Positions 1 through 9,544 of a stretch of 39,499 nucleotides of DNA are shown in pieces. This stretch comes from Verrucomicrobiota bacterium (GTDB lineage: Bacteria; Verrucomicrobiota; Verrucomicrobiia; Limisphaerales; SXQI01). The stretch spans positions 1 to 39,499 of the forward strand of contig WBXJ01000002.1 of NCBI GenBank assembly GCA_008933045.1, given 5' to 3'. The notes beneath the pieces are model-generated. The model did not search any database. It was not told the origin of the DNA and saw nothing but the letters and a program-made list of their open reading frames with translations. The position numbers were made by a program, and so were the translations under genes. Within the stretch, counting starts at the first letter, position 1, and each line of letters starts with the position of its first letter.

Positions 1-981
1 GAATATCGCATCCCATGGTTTTTGAACCTGCCAATATTCACTTGGATATGGGTTCGGGGCCGTTGCAAGAATTGTAAGAACCCGATTTCGATTCGATATC
101 TTCTCGTGGAGGTATTGACGGGTCTCCTTTTTTTGGGAACTTGGTTGCGTTATGGAGATATTTACTGGCAGGTCGCGATTGTGATGAGTGTGGTGTTAGC
201 GGGTTTGGTAGCAGCTACTTTTATCGACTACGAACATTACATTATTCCTGACGAAATCACTCTCGGTGGAATAGGGGCAGGCTTTCTCGCCACCGTAGTG
301 GTTCCCGCGATTCAGCATACCTCAGACCGAGCTGGTGCGATGAGAATTAGTTTCTACGGTATCGTTGTTGGCGGCGGAATTGTTTATGGGATGTTACGTT
401 TGGGTAAGCTTCTTTTCGGTCGTCAACGGTTTGCATTCCCACCCAATTCTCCGCTGATTTTTGGCGAAACCGGCATCACGCTCCCTGATCAAGTGGTGCT
501 TTATGAAGAGATTTTCTACAGAGCTAGTGACCGCATCACGGTGCGTGCCAAAACAGTGGAACTTCCGGACATCTGCTACTGGAATAAAGATGTGAGTCTC
601 ACAGTTTCGGAACTTAGAATTGGGGACCTGATTCTACAACCTTCCGAAGTCCCGCAAATGATCGTTACAACGGATGAACTGATCATCCCACGTGAGGCCA
701 TGGGACTTGGGGACGTCAAGTTTATGGCAGCCATTGGTGCGTTTCTTGGCCCCGCCGCAACGGTTTTATGTTTAATGCTCAGTGCAGTCTTCGGCTCCTT
801 GGTCGCTGTGAGCACCGTCCTTTTAGGTAAGCGAGAATGGTCCGCAAAGGTTCAGTATGGACCCTACATAGCACTCGCTGCTGTGGTTTGGGTTTTTATA
901 CCTCTCAGTTGGCAAGCCACATGGACTCTCTACCTTTACGAAGCGATGTTTATCGTTCTTCCTAAAACGTGGGGACAATGA
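1..981 (+). CDS. pilD: Prepilin (type IV leader) peptidase/N-methyltransferase, peptidase A24 family; 5' end cut by the window edge
   Basis: Frame 1 is open from nt 1 (EYRIPWFLNLPIF...), so the track's TTG at 22 is not the true start. RGRCKNCKNPISIRYLLVEVLTG is the Cys-knuckle typical of the PilD N-domain. Two aspartyl motifs are present: FID(226-228)YEHYIIPDE and GLGD(712-714)VKFMAAIGAFLG. The hydrophobic profile is multi-TM. Confidence 0.85.
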   Translation, partial: EYRIPWFLNLPIFTWIWVRGRCKNCKNPISIRYLLVEVLTGLLFLGTWLRYGDIYWQVAIVMSVVLAGLVAATFIDYEHYIIPDEITLGGIGAGFLATVVVPAIQHTSDRAGAMRISFYGIVVGGGIVYGMLRLGKLLFGRQRFAFPPNSPLIFGETGITLPDQVVLYEEIFYRASDRITVRAKTVELPDICYWNKDVSLTVSELRIGDLILQPSEVPQMIVTTDELIIPREAMGLGDVKFMAAIGAFLGPAATVLCLMLSAVFGSLVAVSTVLLGKREWSAKVQYGPYIALAAVVWVFIPLSWQATWTLYLYEAMFIVLPKTWGQ

Positions 982-1069
982 TCACCCATCTCTGCGATGT
1001 CGCCACACCACAACCTTTCGGTCGCAAGGGTGTCTAACTTGATGTAATCTTTCACCAGTGATTCTTGCC

Positions 1070-2464
1070 ATGCCTCTGATGCGAATAATGATCGCGGTTA
1101 GTTTCGCTCTGCTGTTGGTATTTCGTGCAATGGCAGGGGAGCCTCTTGCACTGCCCACAGGGCGTATTTTTTGGCACAAAGAAACACGAAAAATTGACGC
1201 CAATGTGTCCGGCCTCAGTCTTTCAAAAGTTCTCGCAAAGCTCTCGCGAGCTACAGGTTGGAAAGTTTACTTGCAACCCGGAACGGATCGTCCTCTGCGA
1301 GTAAAGTTTAATGGGTTGGATCGCGGTGCCGCCTTGCGACTCATGCTGGGGGATTTAAATTATGCCGTTGTGCCTGCCTTGACTGGGGGCACAGAAATCC
1401 GCATTTATCAGAACAATCCCGCCGCAGCGACAGAGTTGGTAGTGGACAAGAATGATCGCTCCCCATCGAAGGATTGGTTGGCACGCGAATTGGTCGTGAG
1501 TTTGGCACCTAATTCAAAGCTTTCCATCGATGAGTTGGCTAAGAAACTTCAAGGAACCATCGTCGCTCGCTCGGATCAAATGAAGTCTTACCGACTCCGA
1601 TTTGATTCGGAAGAAAGTGCCGCAAAGGCCCGGGAACTGATCGAAGAAATGGACGGTGTCCGCGCGGACAACAATTACGCTTATCACCGACCAGATCAAA
1701 CAGCAGGCGTAGGCTTGGACGGTCGTGGAGACTTTACAATTTCACCCACAACGACCAGCGATGGATGTAACGTGGTGGTTGCGATGTTGGATACCGCCGT
1801 CCAATCGTTGCCTGCGAATCAGGCACCGTTCCTCTTGAAGCCTCTGAGCGTTGCTGGTGAAGCCACTGTCGATTCGAGTAAGCCAACGCATGGGACGGCT
1901 ATGGCGCAATCCATTTTGAACGGGCTGAATTCTGTTACCCGTCCAGGCACTGGCTCTACGGTGCGAGTCCTGCCTATCGACGTCTATGGAAATAATGAGG
2001 CGACGTCGAGCTACGAACTCGCCAAAGGAATGTATGCGGCGGTGGCGAATGGGGCTTCGATCGTCAATATTAGTTCAGGAGGAACCGGGGACAGTGCTTT
2101 ACTGAATGACATCATTGATTACGCTCGCAGCCAAGGCACAATCGTATTTGCCGCTGCCGGCAACGCGCCTACTACCGACCCCGTTTTTCCGGCTGCAAAT
2201 CCGAATGTGATCGCGGTGACCGCCAGTGATACTCAAGGGCAGGTGGCTGCTTATGCCAATCGAGGCGAGTTCGTTGACCTGATGGCGCCAGGAACAAGTC
2301 GCATTAAATTCAACGGTCAAAGTTATTTGGTTACCGGCACGTCCCCCGCAACAGCTATGATGAGTGGCATGGCCGCGGGCATCGATGATTGCGCGAAAGG
2401 GGCCGATGCGAACGCAATTCGTACGTGGTTGGAACGCAGTTATTCGTTTCGAGGGCAGAAATAG
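1070..2464 (+). CDS. Secreted subtilisin-like serine protease (peptidase S8) with N-terminal STN-like and I9-propeptide-like regions
   Basis: ATG 1070 gives the signal peptide MPLMRIMIAVSFALLLVFRAMAG; the track start at 1058 is GTG. Subtilase triad motifs are VVAMLDTAV (Asp), HGTAMAQSI (His) and GTSPATAMMSG (Ser). Confidence 0.85.
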   Translation: MPLMRIMIAVSFALLLVFRAMAGEPLALPTGRIFWHKETRKIDANVSGLSLSKVLAKLSRATGWKVYLQPGTDRPLRVKFNGLDRGAALRLMLGDLNYAVVPALTGGTEIRIYQNNPAAATELVVDKNDRSPSKDWLARELVVSLAPNSKLSIDELAKKLQGTIVARSDQMKSYRLRFDSEESAAKARELIEEMDGVRADNNYAYHRPDQTAGVGLDGRGDFTISPTTTSDGCNVVVAMLDTAVQSLPANQAPFLLKPLSVAGEATVDSSKPTHGTAMAQSILNGLNSVTRPGTGSTVRVLPIDVYGNNEATSSYELAKGMYAAVANGASIVNISSGGTGDSALLNDIIDYARSQGTIVFAAAGNAPTTDPVFPAANPNVIAVTASDTQGQVAAYANRGEFVDLMAPGTSRIKFNGQSYLVTGTSPATAMMSGMAAGIDDCAKGADANAIRTWLERSYSFRGQK

Positions 2465-5281
2465 TCAACTGTTGCGACTGGTTTTTGAGTTCTTGGGAAC
2501 GCCTGTTTTCATGTCCACAAGTGCTCGAGCCGTCGCAACCATATCTATCTGTTCAGGAGCCTTATCAGGCCGCAGGCGGACAATTCGTGGGAAACGCATC
2601 GCTAACCCACTTTCATGACGGGTTGATATCTGGATCAGGTCAAAGGCCATCTCCACCACAATGGTTGGCTTTACGGCAAGGTATCGGCCTATTTGGGATA
2701 GTGTCTCTTTTAAAAAGTGCTGGGTCAGCCTAGCGATTTCTAAATCTGTGAGGCCAATAAAAGTTTTCCCAATGGTCTTCAACTCACCCGAAAGCTCGTC
2801 ACGTAATGCAACCGTATAGACACTCAACATCATATTCCGTTTGCCGTGCCCGTACTCAACACCTACCACCACACAATCGAGAGTAGTAAAGTTTTTCTTA
2901 TATTTGAGCCAAGACATCCCTCGTCGGCCCGGAGTGTAAATGCTTGAGGGGTCCTTGATCATCAATCCCTCATTGCCGCTCTCCTTGGCGGCGGTAAATG
3001 CATTTTCGATCTGTTCTGCACTTCGGACAGAGGAGATTTGCGAGAGTCGAAACGCGTGCTGAGCCAACTCGCCAAGGGCTTGGCGTCGAGCCCAGAGGGG
3101 TTCCCTCAACAAGTTTTTTGAATCGAGCCAGAGGAGATCGAACGCCATGAATTGAGTAGGAATCTCCTCGCTCAAAAAAAGGTCTACTTCACGTCGCCCA
3201 AGGCGTTTTTGCAGGTCATGGTAAGGAAGCACGGTTTCACCGCGCATTGCGATAATCTCACCGTCAATAATCAAGTTCTGAGGTAAGGTTCTTACCCGAT
3301 CCGCGATCTCCATAAATGCGCCAGTGATCGCCTTGAGATCCCGGGAGTAAATCTCGACGTGTGATCCCACTTTGTGAATTTGTGCACGGACTCCGTCGTA
3401 TTTTTGCTCGCTCCATCCCTCCGCCGGAGACACGGTCCAGAGAGGCAAGGGGGCGTCAATTTCGCGTTCGGACTGCCAACCGGAAATTCGTGACCAAATA
3501 TCGCCAGGAGTTTCCTCCGGGGAAGCCAGCATGTACCTGACGGGACGAAATGGCACAAGAGTCACAGAATCCAATTGTCCACTTTGAGAGAGTGTTGCCG
3601 TTTGTCCAATGTCTCCCAAAAGAAGATGCGAACTCTTCACTGATTCGAGCGAGCAACCAAACGCACGCGCCAAGCTCTCCTCCACCAAGCCTTCCTTCAA
3701 CCCGATACGCAAGTCACCTGTGAGGATTTTTACCAGAAATTTAGCCGCGAGTGGCGATGATTCGAGAAACGCTTTTCGCAACAAAGGAGCTTTTCCCGTG
3801 GGACCTTTTGCTGCGTGCAATTGTAAAAACAGCTCATGAATGCGAGTCAGGGATGGGAACTGCTCGGGACGCATCGTGATTGAAAGAATTTCCAGCGCAC
3901 ACTCACCCAACTCACTATGCTTGAGGTAGATTTGGCCAAACTGCGAATGGTCAATTTCTCCGACGAAACACAAGGCGTCACGAATGATCGCCCAGCCTAA
4001 TTGTAGCGTCCGATTTTGAGACGAAACAAACGGAGTTCCAGTGAACCATGTGGCAGCATGGCTTAACTGTTCGGAGGGCAATTGTTGAAAGTAGTCAGCG
4101 AGGATCTGTGTCTTTTCACTTTTTTTGGTAGTTACAGAGATTTGCGTGCAGGTGCGAACGAACATTTCAAACGAAGTAACGCTTGGAACGTTGGAGTCAG
4201 AGTTTTGAGGGGTTGCGGATTGTTCAAGTGGTGTACGTCGATTCGGTTGAGTAGGAATAATTTGGATCCCGAGATTGAGTTGGTTCGGTTCGCTGAGGGG
4301 TTGAGCATCATATCCCATCTCCCTTAACGTGCTCGCAAAGTCTGCTGCAAACCCGTGAATCGTGTAGACTTTTTTAGGGTTCACCTGTTGAACCATCTGT
4401 AGCAGTTCGGAAAAATCGGCATGGTCACTGAGCGGAAATGCAACGTCGGCATTAAGTCTGTGACTGGATTCCGGATCGAGCGCGGAGCCCGAAAGCAGTG
4501 CAGTACGGATTTTGCCAAGGTTCTTGATGTGAGTGGAAGCAGTAAAACTTGTGGGACAGATGAGGACATGACCACATACGCTCTCAGCGTTGAGTGGATG
4601 ATGTTGTGGAAAGGCTAGACCCGATCGCCCGTAAATCTGTGTTCGCTGTTGCACAGTGTCCTCCAGCATCATCGGTAACGCGGCACTGGCCAATGCCTGA
4701 AAAACATCCACATTCTTCCCAAGAGAATCTCCCAACAGGATCGGGATTTCACTATTCTCCAAAGTTTCCTGACAAAACCGGACAATATTTTGAATGACTT
4801 CAGCTCTGGGTGGAAACCGATACACGGGCCGACCGTAGATCGTTTCTAAAATCAAAATATCCGCCGGCCTTGGTTGACACCATTCTCCTGTAACCGCTGT
4901 GGTCATCTTGAAATCACCAGTATATAGCAGCGATTTCCTTCCATCAAACAGCCAGGCCATGGTCGTGCCAAAAATAGGACCCGCTGAAAGTAGTGTGATC
5001 TCGTAAGGGAATGGACTGTTCTGTGGGGCGAACGATTGATCGAAAGGCAATACATGTTGTTGGCATGCATTGGAGACCCCAGCGCGGGTAAGAAGCGCGG
5101 TCGGTTCGGTTAGAATCAATTCTCGATGGTTCTCGAAACGATCCGCTTGACTGATAAAAACGTGCTCCGAACCTCGTTTGATCTCACGCGGATCGAGCCA
5201 CAGATTGAGATGTGGCAAATGGACACCGCCGTGTTGAAAATGGAGGTCGAAAGCTGGCATCAAGGTCGGATCAACCGCCAA
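2465..5281 (-). CDS. Fusion protein: N-terminal MBL/beta-CASP ligase-associated-exonuclease-like domain (degenerate metal motifs) plus C-terminal ATP-dependent DNA ligase (DNA-binding, adenylation and OB domains)
   Basis: N-half has beta-CASP landmarks: [43 protein letters not shown]-half has ligase motifs: [11 protein letters not shown] (Lys codon 3401-3403), [43 protein letters not shown]. The start could instead be Met8 (5260), which would remove the 11-nt overlap with cysK. Confidence 0.8.
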   Translation of the reverse strand: MAVDPTLMPAFDLHFQHGGVHLPHLNLWLDPREIKRGSEHVFISQADRFENHRELILTEPTALLTRAGVSNACQQHVLPFDQSFAPQNSPFPYEITLLSAGPIFGTTMAWLFDGRKSLLYTGDFKMTTAVTGEWCQPRPADILILETIYGRPVYRFPPRAEVIQNIVRFCQETLENSEIPILLGDSLGKNVDVFQALASAALPMMLEDTVQQRTQIYGRSGLAFPQHHPLNAESVCGHVLICPTSFTASTHIKNLGKIRTALLSGSALDPESSHRLNADVAFPLSDHADFSELLQMVQQVNPKKVYTIHGFAADFASTLREMGYDAQPLSEPNQLNLGIQIIPTQPNRRTPLEQSATPQNSDSNVPSVTSFEMFVRTCTQISVTTKKSEKTQILADYFQQLPSEQLSHAATWFTGTPFVSSQNRTLQLGWAIIRDALCFVGEIDHSQFGQIYLKHSELGECALEILSITMRPEQFPSLTRIHELFLQLHAAKGPTGKAPLLRKAFLESSPLAAKFLVKILTGDLRIGLKEGLVEESLARAFGCSLESVKSSHLLLGDIGQTATLSQSGQLDSVTLVPFRPVRYMLASPEETPGDIWSRISGWQSEREIDAPLPLWTVSPAEGWSEQKYDGVRAQIHKVGSHVEIYSRDLKAITGAFMEIADRVRTLPQNLIIDGEIIAMRGETVLPYHDLQKRLGRREVDLFLSEEIPTQFMAFDLLWLDSKNLLREPLWARRQALGELAQHAFRLSQISSVRSAEQIENAFTAAKESGNEGLMIKDPSSIYTPGRRGMSWLKYKKNFTTLDCVVVGVEYGHGKRNMMLSVYTVALRDELSGELKTIGKTFIGLTDLEIARLTQHFLKETLSQIGRYLAVKPTIVVEMAFDLIQISTRHESGLAMRFPRIVRLRPDKAPEQIDMVATARALVDMKTGVPKNSKTSRNS

Positions 5282-6254
5282 CCTCAGCCTTCGCCTCCGC
5301 AGCTAGCGCGGTGCTCAAATAACGTTCACCCGTGGAACACGCCACGGTGACGATCATTTTTCCACGATTTTCGGGACGCTTTGCCACCTCGATTGCTGCC
5401 CACACGTTGGCCCCACTGGAAATGCCAACAAGGATGCCCTCCTCCTTAGCCAAACGTCGGGCCATCGCGAATGCGTCATCATTGCTGACCTGCACGCATT
5501 CGATGATCTGAGGTTCTCCCTTACTATTGTTAAGGTGTAAATTCTTAGGCACAAACCCCGCGCCAGTGCCTTGGATTTTGTGCGGACCCGGTTTGACAGT
5601 TTGTCCCGTGAGGGTCTGCGTAATCACTGGAGAATCTTGGGGCTCCACCGCAATCGACTGAAAGGAAGGACGCAAGGGCTTGATCACTTCTGTTACCCCA
5701 GTGATCGTTCCTCCAGTACCTACCGCAGAGATAAAGAAATCGACTTGACCCGCTGTGTCCTCCCAGATCTCGAGTGCGGTTGTGCGTCGGTGAATTTCTG
5801 GATTTGAATCATTTTCAAATTGTTGAGGCACCCATGAATTGGGCGTCTCCTGTTGGATTTGGAGGGCACGGTTGATGGCCCCGCGCATCCCTTCGCTTCC
5901 CGGAGTGAGAATAAGTTTGGCGCCGAGCATCGCCAACAGAGTTCGACGTTCCAGAGACATCGTCTCCGGCATGGTCAGGATGAGTTTATAACCTCGTGCC
6001 GCAGCGACAAACGCCAGTGCGATGCCCGTATTGCCACTGGTGGGTTCGACGATGACGGTATCCTGATTGATGAGACCTCGCTTCTCAGCATCATCGATCA
6101 TTGCCATGCCAATTCGATCCTTCACACTGCCCAGCGGATTAAAAAATTCGCACTTGAGCAGAATCGTTGCGTCAACACCGGCGCAAACCTTGTTCAGTCT
6201 CACCAGCGGAGTGCGTCCGACAGTTTCAACGATATTGTTGTAGATGCGTCCCAT
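5271..6254 (-). CDS. cysK: Cysteine synthase A (O-acetylserine sulfhydrylase), PLP-dependent
   Basis: [23 protein letters not shown]-terminus, PLP-lysine motif GSVKDR, and [19 protein letters not shown]. The track ORF extends to 6335; I place the start at ATG 6254, which gives the canonical N-terminus. Confidence 0.85.
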   Translation of the reverse strand: MGRIYNNIVETVGRTPLVRLNKVCAGVDATILLKCEFFNPLGSVKDRIGMAMIDDAEKRGLINQDTVIVEPTSGNTGIALAFVAAARGYKLILTMPETMSLERRTLLAMLGAKLILTPGSEGMRGAINRALQIQQETPNSWVPQQFENDSNPEIHRRTTALEIWEDTAGQVDFFISAVGTGGTITGVTEVIKPLRPSFQSIAVEPQDSPVITQTLTGQTVKPGPHKIQGTGAGFVPKNLHLNNSKGEPQIIECVQVSNDDAFAMARRLAKEEGILVGISSGANVWAAIEVAKRPENRGKMIVTVACSTGERYLSTALAAEAKAEVGG

Positions 6255-6422
6255 AAGATATTCAGCGTGGTTGATCGTGGTGCTAACTCCCCTAAATTGT
6301 TTGCAACCCATGACATTGGGCAAGCCAAAAGTCATGTTTTTTGGACGAAATCGAAAATTTACCGATGAATGCGTCTATGGTTTAAGCTTGCATGACAACG
6401 TTCTCTGGCAAAAATCCTGTCA

Positions 6423-8120
6423 ATGAAATCACCTCGAACCCCAAAGAAATCAAGCTATGTGATCGGTGTTGATTTTGGAACTCTCTCCGCACGGGCAGTT
6501 TTGGTAAATGTGGCTAACGGTGAAGTTTGCGCATCGGCAGTGGAGGCTTATCCGCACGGTGTGATGGAGGATCAACTTGGTGTGGATGGGAAAGCACTTC
6601 CACCTCAGACTGCTTTACAGGATCCTTCAGATTACCTCTACGCGTTGAAAAAAACGATCCGCAAAGTCATTCGACAATCAAAAGTATTATCGAATGATGT
6701 TGTAGGTTTAGGAACCGATTTCACTTGTAGCACAGTGCTTCCTACCGACGGGGCAGGGGAACCCCTCTGCACGAAAGAGGAATTTCGCCGTGAACCCCAT
6801 GCGTATGTTAAGCTCTGGAAGCACCATGCTTCGCAACCTGAAGCCGATGCCATTAATGCGTTGGCGGCTCAGCGCAAGGAAGATTTTATCGGTGCTTATG
6901 GAGGACGGTATTCCAGCGAATGGCTTTTTGCTAAGGTGCTTGAAACCGTGCGCAAAGCCCCCCGAGTGCATCAGGTCGCCGCACGCTGGATTGAGGCGGG
7001 AGATTGGATTGTTTGGCAGTTGACCGGGTGTGAGAATCGCGGTGTTTCAGCCTCTGGTTTCAAGGCAATGCGGGTTGTCGATCGAACAGGCACAAATCAT
7101 GCCGATTACCCGAGCTCAGAGTTTTTTGCCGCGCTTCATCCTGCATTGGCGGATGTCGTCGAATCCCACTTAACGGCACCTCATTTGGCTCCCGGCAAAT
7201 GCGCAGGACATCTCACCCCTCCATTTGCCAAATGCTTAGGGTTGCCCGCAGGTCTTCCTGTTGCGGTGGGGAACATCGACGCTCATGCGGCCATCCCAGC
7301 CTGCGGAGTCGGGGAGCCTGGGCGGATGGTGATGATTATGGGGACCTCCAGTTGCCATCTGCTCCTAGCCAAACAAGGCCGCAGGATCCCCGGTGTTTGC
7401 GGAGTGGTGCGCGAGGGTGTCATGCCAGGACTTTGGGCCTACGAAGCCGGTCAGGCAGGGGTAGGGGATATGCTTTCTTGGTTCGTTGAAAATTCGTTAC
7501 CAGCCGAGGTTTTTACTGCAGCCCGTCGCCATACGTCAGGCGTTCACGGGGTCTTGAGCGACCGAGCCGCCCAGCTCAAGGTGGGCCAATCTGGCTTGCT
7601 AGCACTGGATTGGTGGAACGGAAATCGTTCTGTTTTGATGGACGCGGATCTTAGCGGACTTCTGGTTGGGTTGACGATTCAAACAAAACCTCATGAAATC
7701 TATCGCGCTTTGGTTGAAGGCATGGCGTTCGGTACCCGAAAAATCATCGAAGCATTTACGTCCCAAAAAATTGCAGTCCGTGAAGTAGTGGCCTGTGGCG
7801 GGCTAGCTTCCAAGAACCCGTTCATCCTACAGGTTTACGCGGATGTTATTGGACGCCCGATTTATTTAGCCGCGGCAACCGAGGCCAGCGCGTTAGGTGC
7901 AGCCATTTTCGGAGCGGTCAGTGCAGGGATCTACCCCAACTTCAAGTCGGCCATTCAAACCATGACTCAGCCTCCCATCAAAGTGTTTACACCCGACCCT
8001 CAACGACATCGTCAGTATGAGTTGCTCTATAAGGAATATAGACGACTGCACGACTTCTTTGGAGCCACGACAGACTCCACGATGAAACGGTTACGTGCCA
8101 TGCAACGAGCTGCCATATGA
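6423..8120 (+). CDS. araB: Ribulokinase-like FGGY carbohydrate kinase
   Basis: FGGY N-terminal motif VIGVDFGTLSARAVLV. Length of 565 aa and a C-terminal YELLYKEYRRLHDFFG tail, as in AraB-type ribulokinases. Confidence 0.7.
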   Translation: MKSPRTPKKSSYVIGVDFGTLSARAVLVNVANGEVCASAVEAYPHGVMEDQLGVDGKALPPQTALQDPSDYLYALKKTIRKVIRQSKVLSNDVVGLGTDFTCSTVLPTDGAGEPLCTKEEFRREPHAYVKLWKHHASQPEADAINALAAQRKEDFIGAYGGRYSSEWLFAKVLETVRKAPRVHQVAARWIEAGDWIVWQLTGCENRGVSASGFKAMRVVDRTGTNHADYPSSEFFAALHPALADVVESHLTAPHLAPGKCAGHLTPPFAKCLGLPAGLPVAVGNIDAHAAIPACGVGEPGRMVMIMGTSSCHLLLAKQGRRIPGVCGVVREGVMPGLWAYEAGQAGVGDMLSWFVENSLPAEVFTAARRHTSGVHGVLSDRAAQLKVGQSGLLALDWWNGNRSVLMDADLSGLLVGLTIQTKPHEIYRALVEGMAFGTRKIIEAFTSQKIAVREVVACGGLASKNPFILQVYADVIGRPIYLAAATEASALGAAIFGAVSAGIYPNFKSAIQTMTQPPIKVFTPDPQRHRQYELLYKEYRRLHDFFGATTDSTMKRLRAMQRAAI

Positions 8121-8656
8121 GGGAAGACATCGTCATCCGTGCAGCCGAGCAGAAGGATTTACCTGGAATTCTTCGCATCTACAACGAAGCGGTTCTGAAT
8201 ACAACGGCGACCTATGATTATGAGCCTCGCACTCTGGAACATCGACAGCTCTGGTTTGAAGATCATTTACGAATCAATTTCCCTATCTACGTTGCAGAAT
8301 CTACGGACGGAGAGATCCTTGGTTGGAGTTCCTTGAGTCGTTATCATGATCGCCAAGGCTTTCAGTTTACCGCAGAGAATTCAGTTTATGTCGCCACCAA
8401 TTGTCGGGGCCAAGGGATAGGTTTTTCCCTACTCAATCCCCTGATTGCTGCGGCGAAGTTACTAAACCTGCACGCGATTATTGCGGCGGTCGATGCCGAG
8501 AACCGAGTGAGTATTCGTTTGCACGAACGGCTGGGGTTTAAAGTTGTCGCTCATTTTCCACAAGTTGGATTTAAATTTGGACGATGGTTGGACATGATTT
8601 ACCTTCAGATCCTGCTTCCAGAAGTGAACCCGACAAACAATGAACCAATCGGCTAG
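8117..8656 (+). CDS. GNAT N-acetyltransferase, phosphinothricin/methionine-sulfoximine acetyltransferase-like
   Basis: IRAAEQKDLPGILRIYNEAVLNTTATYDYEPRTLEHRQLWF is a PAT-type N-terminus. The acetyl-CoA loop is RGQGIGFSLL. ATGA overlap with the araB stop (8117-8120). Confidence 0.8.
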   Translation: MREDIVIRAAEQKDLPGILRIYNEAVLNTTATYDYEPRTLEHRQLWFEDHLRINFPIYVAESTDGEILGWSSLSRYHDRQGFQFTAENSVYVATNCRGQGIGFSLLNPLIAAAKLLNLHAIIAAVDAENRVSIRLHERLGFKVVAHFPQVGFKFGRWLDMIYLQILLPEVNPTNNEPIG

Positions 8657-9522
8657 GCAGTTCCGTAGGGTGCCGAACGCATCCCGAGAAACTGACGAAT
8701 CCAGATACTTCCGACCAATCGCAATTTTTGCGCTTTGCTCAGCTTTGCGGCGGGGTAATCAAAAACGTTGAACTCCTGCGTCTCGATTTTCATCAGCACT
8801 TTCCAATAAACCGATCCCATCAGTTCTGCGGTGCTCATCGCCGTGCGATCTTCCTCCGGTAGCAAAAGTCGAGCCTGCGCATAAAACTCGTAGGCACGAT
8901 CTGCCATCCATCGCGCACAGTCGCGGTATTGAGGCGTGTATCTTTCGTTCAGAATATCCTCCGTGCTGACTCCGAAGGCTCTCAACTGTTCCAACGGAAT
9001 GTAAATGCGGCCCATTTCGGCATCCTTCCGGACGTCCCGTAAGATGTTTGTCAGTTGTAAGGCTTTACCTAAGCAAATCGCATACTCACGGCTTTTGTGG
9101 TTTTGATATCCAAAGATTTCGATACTTAACAATCCGACAACCGAGGCTACACGGTAACAGTAGGTTTCGAGTTGAGAAAAAGTTTCATACCGGTTCGTGT
9201 CTAAATCCATCTCAACACCACGAATCAACTCGTCAAATAATTCATATTTTAAATTGTAGGTTCGGATAATGACCGCCAGCTCCTTTGTAACCGCAAACTG
9301 AGGCGCAGCCTCCTGATAAGCAGCCTGAATATCATGACGCCAGTCCGTGAGTTGTCGACGACGTTGTTCGACAGGAACAGATTCATCATCAGCCACATCG
9401 TCCACCTCTCGACAGAACGCATAAAGCGCACACATCCCCGCACGTTTCGCTTTAGGGAGCAGCACAAACGCTAAGGCCAAATTTGAGGCACTCTTGCGAG
9501 TGATCGTCTCACTGATTTGCAT
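8653..9522 (-). CDS. Squalene/phytoene synthase family protein (HpnD- or CrtB-like head-to-head prenyl synthase)
   Basis: First Asp-rich motif is YAFCREVDDVADD. Also ILRDVRKDAEMGRIYIP and an SQS_PSY-type helical layout; 289 aa. Confidence 0.8.
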   Translation of the reverse strand: MQISETITRKSASNLALAFVLLPKAKRAGMCALYAFCREVDDVADDESVPVEQRRRQLTDWRHDIQAAYQEAAPQFAVTKELAVIIRTYNLKYELFDELIRGVEMDLDTNRYETFSQLETYCYRVASVVGLLSIEIFGYQNHKSREYAICLGKALQLTNILRDVRKDAEMGRIYIPLEQLRAFGVSTEDILNERYTPQYRDCARWMADRAYEFYAQARLLLPEEDRTAMSTAELMGSVYWKVLMKIETQEFNVFDYPAAKLSKAQKLRLVGSIWIRQFLGMRSAPYGTA

Positions 9523-9544
9523 CTTGCCCGAACGAGAGAACCGG

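Noticed and set aside
5853-6368. 171-aa + strand ORF opposite cysK; the same applies to 12729-13151 opposite coaC
   Set aside because: Both are embedded antisense to CDS with clear catalytic motifs. Neither has a plausible start context or family resemblance.
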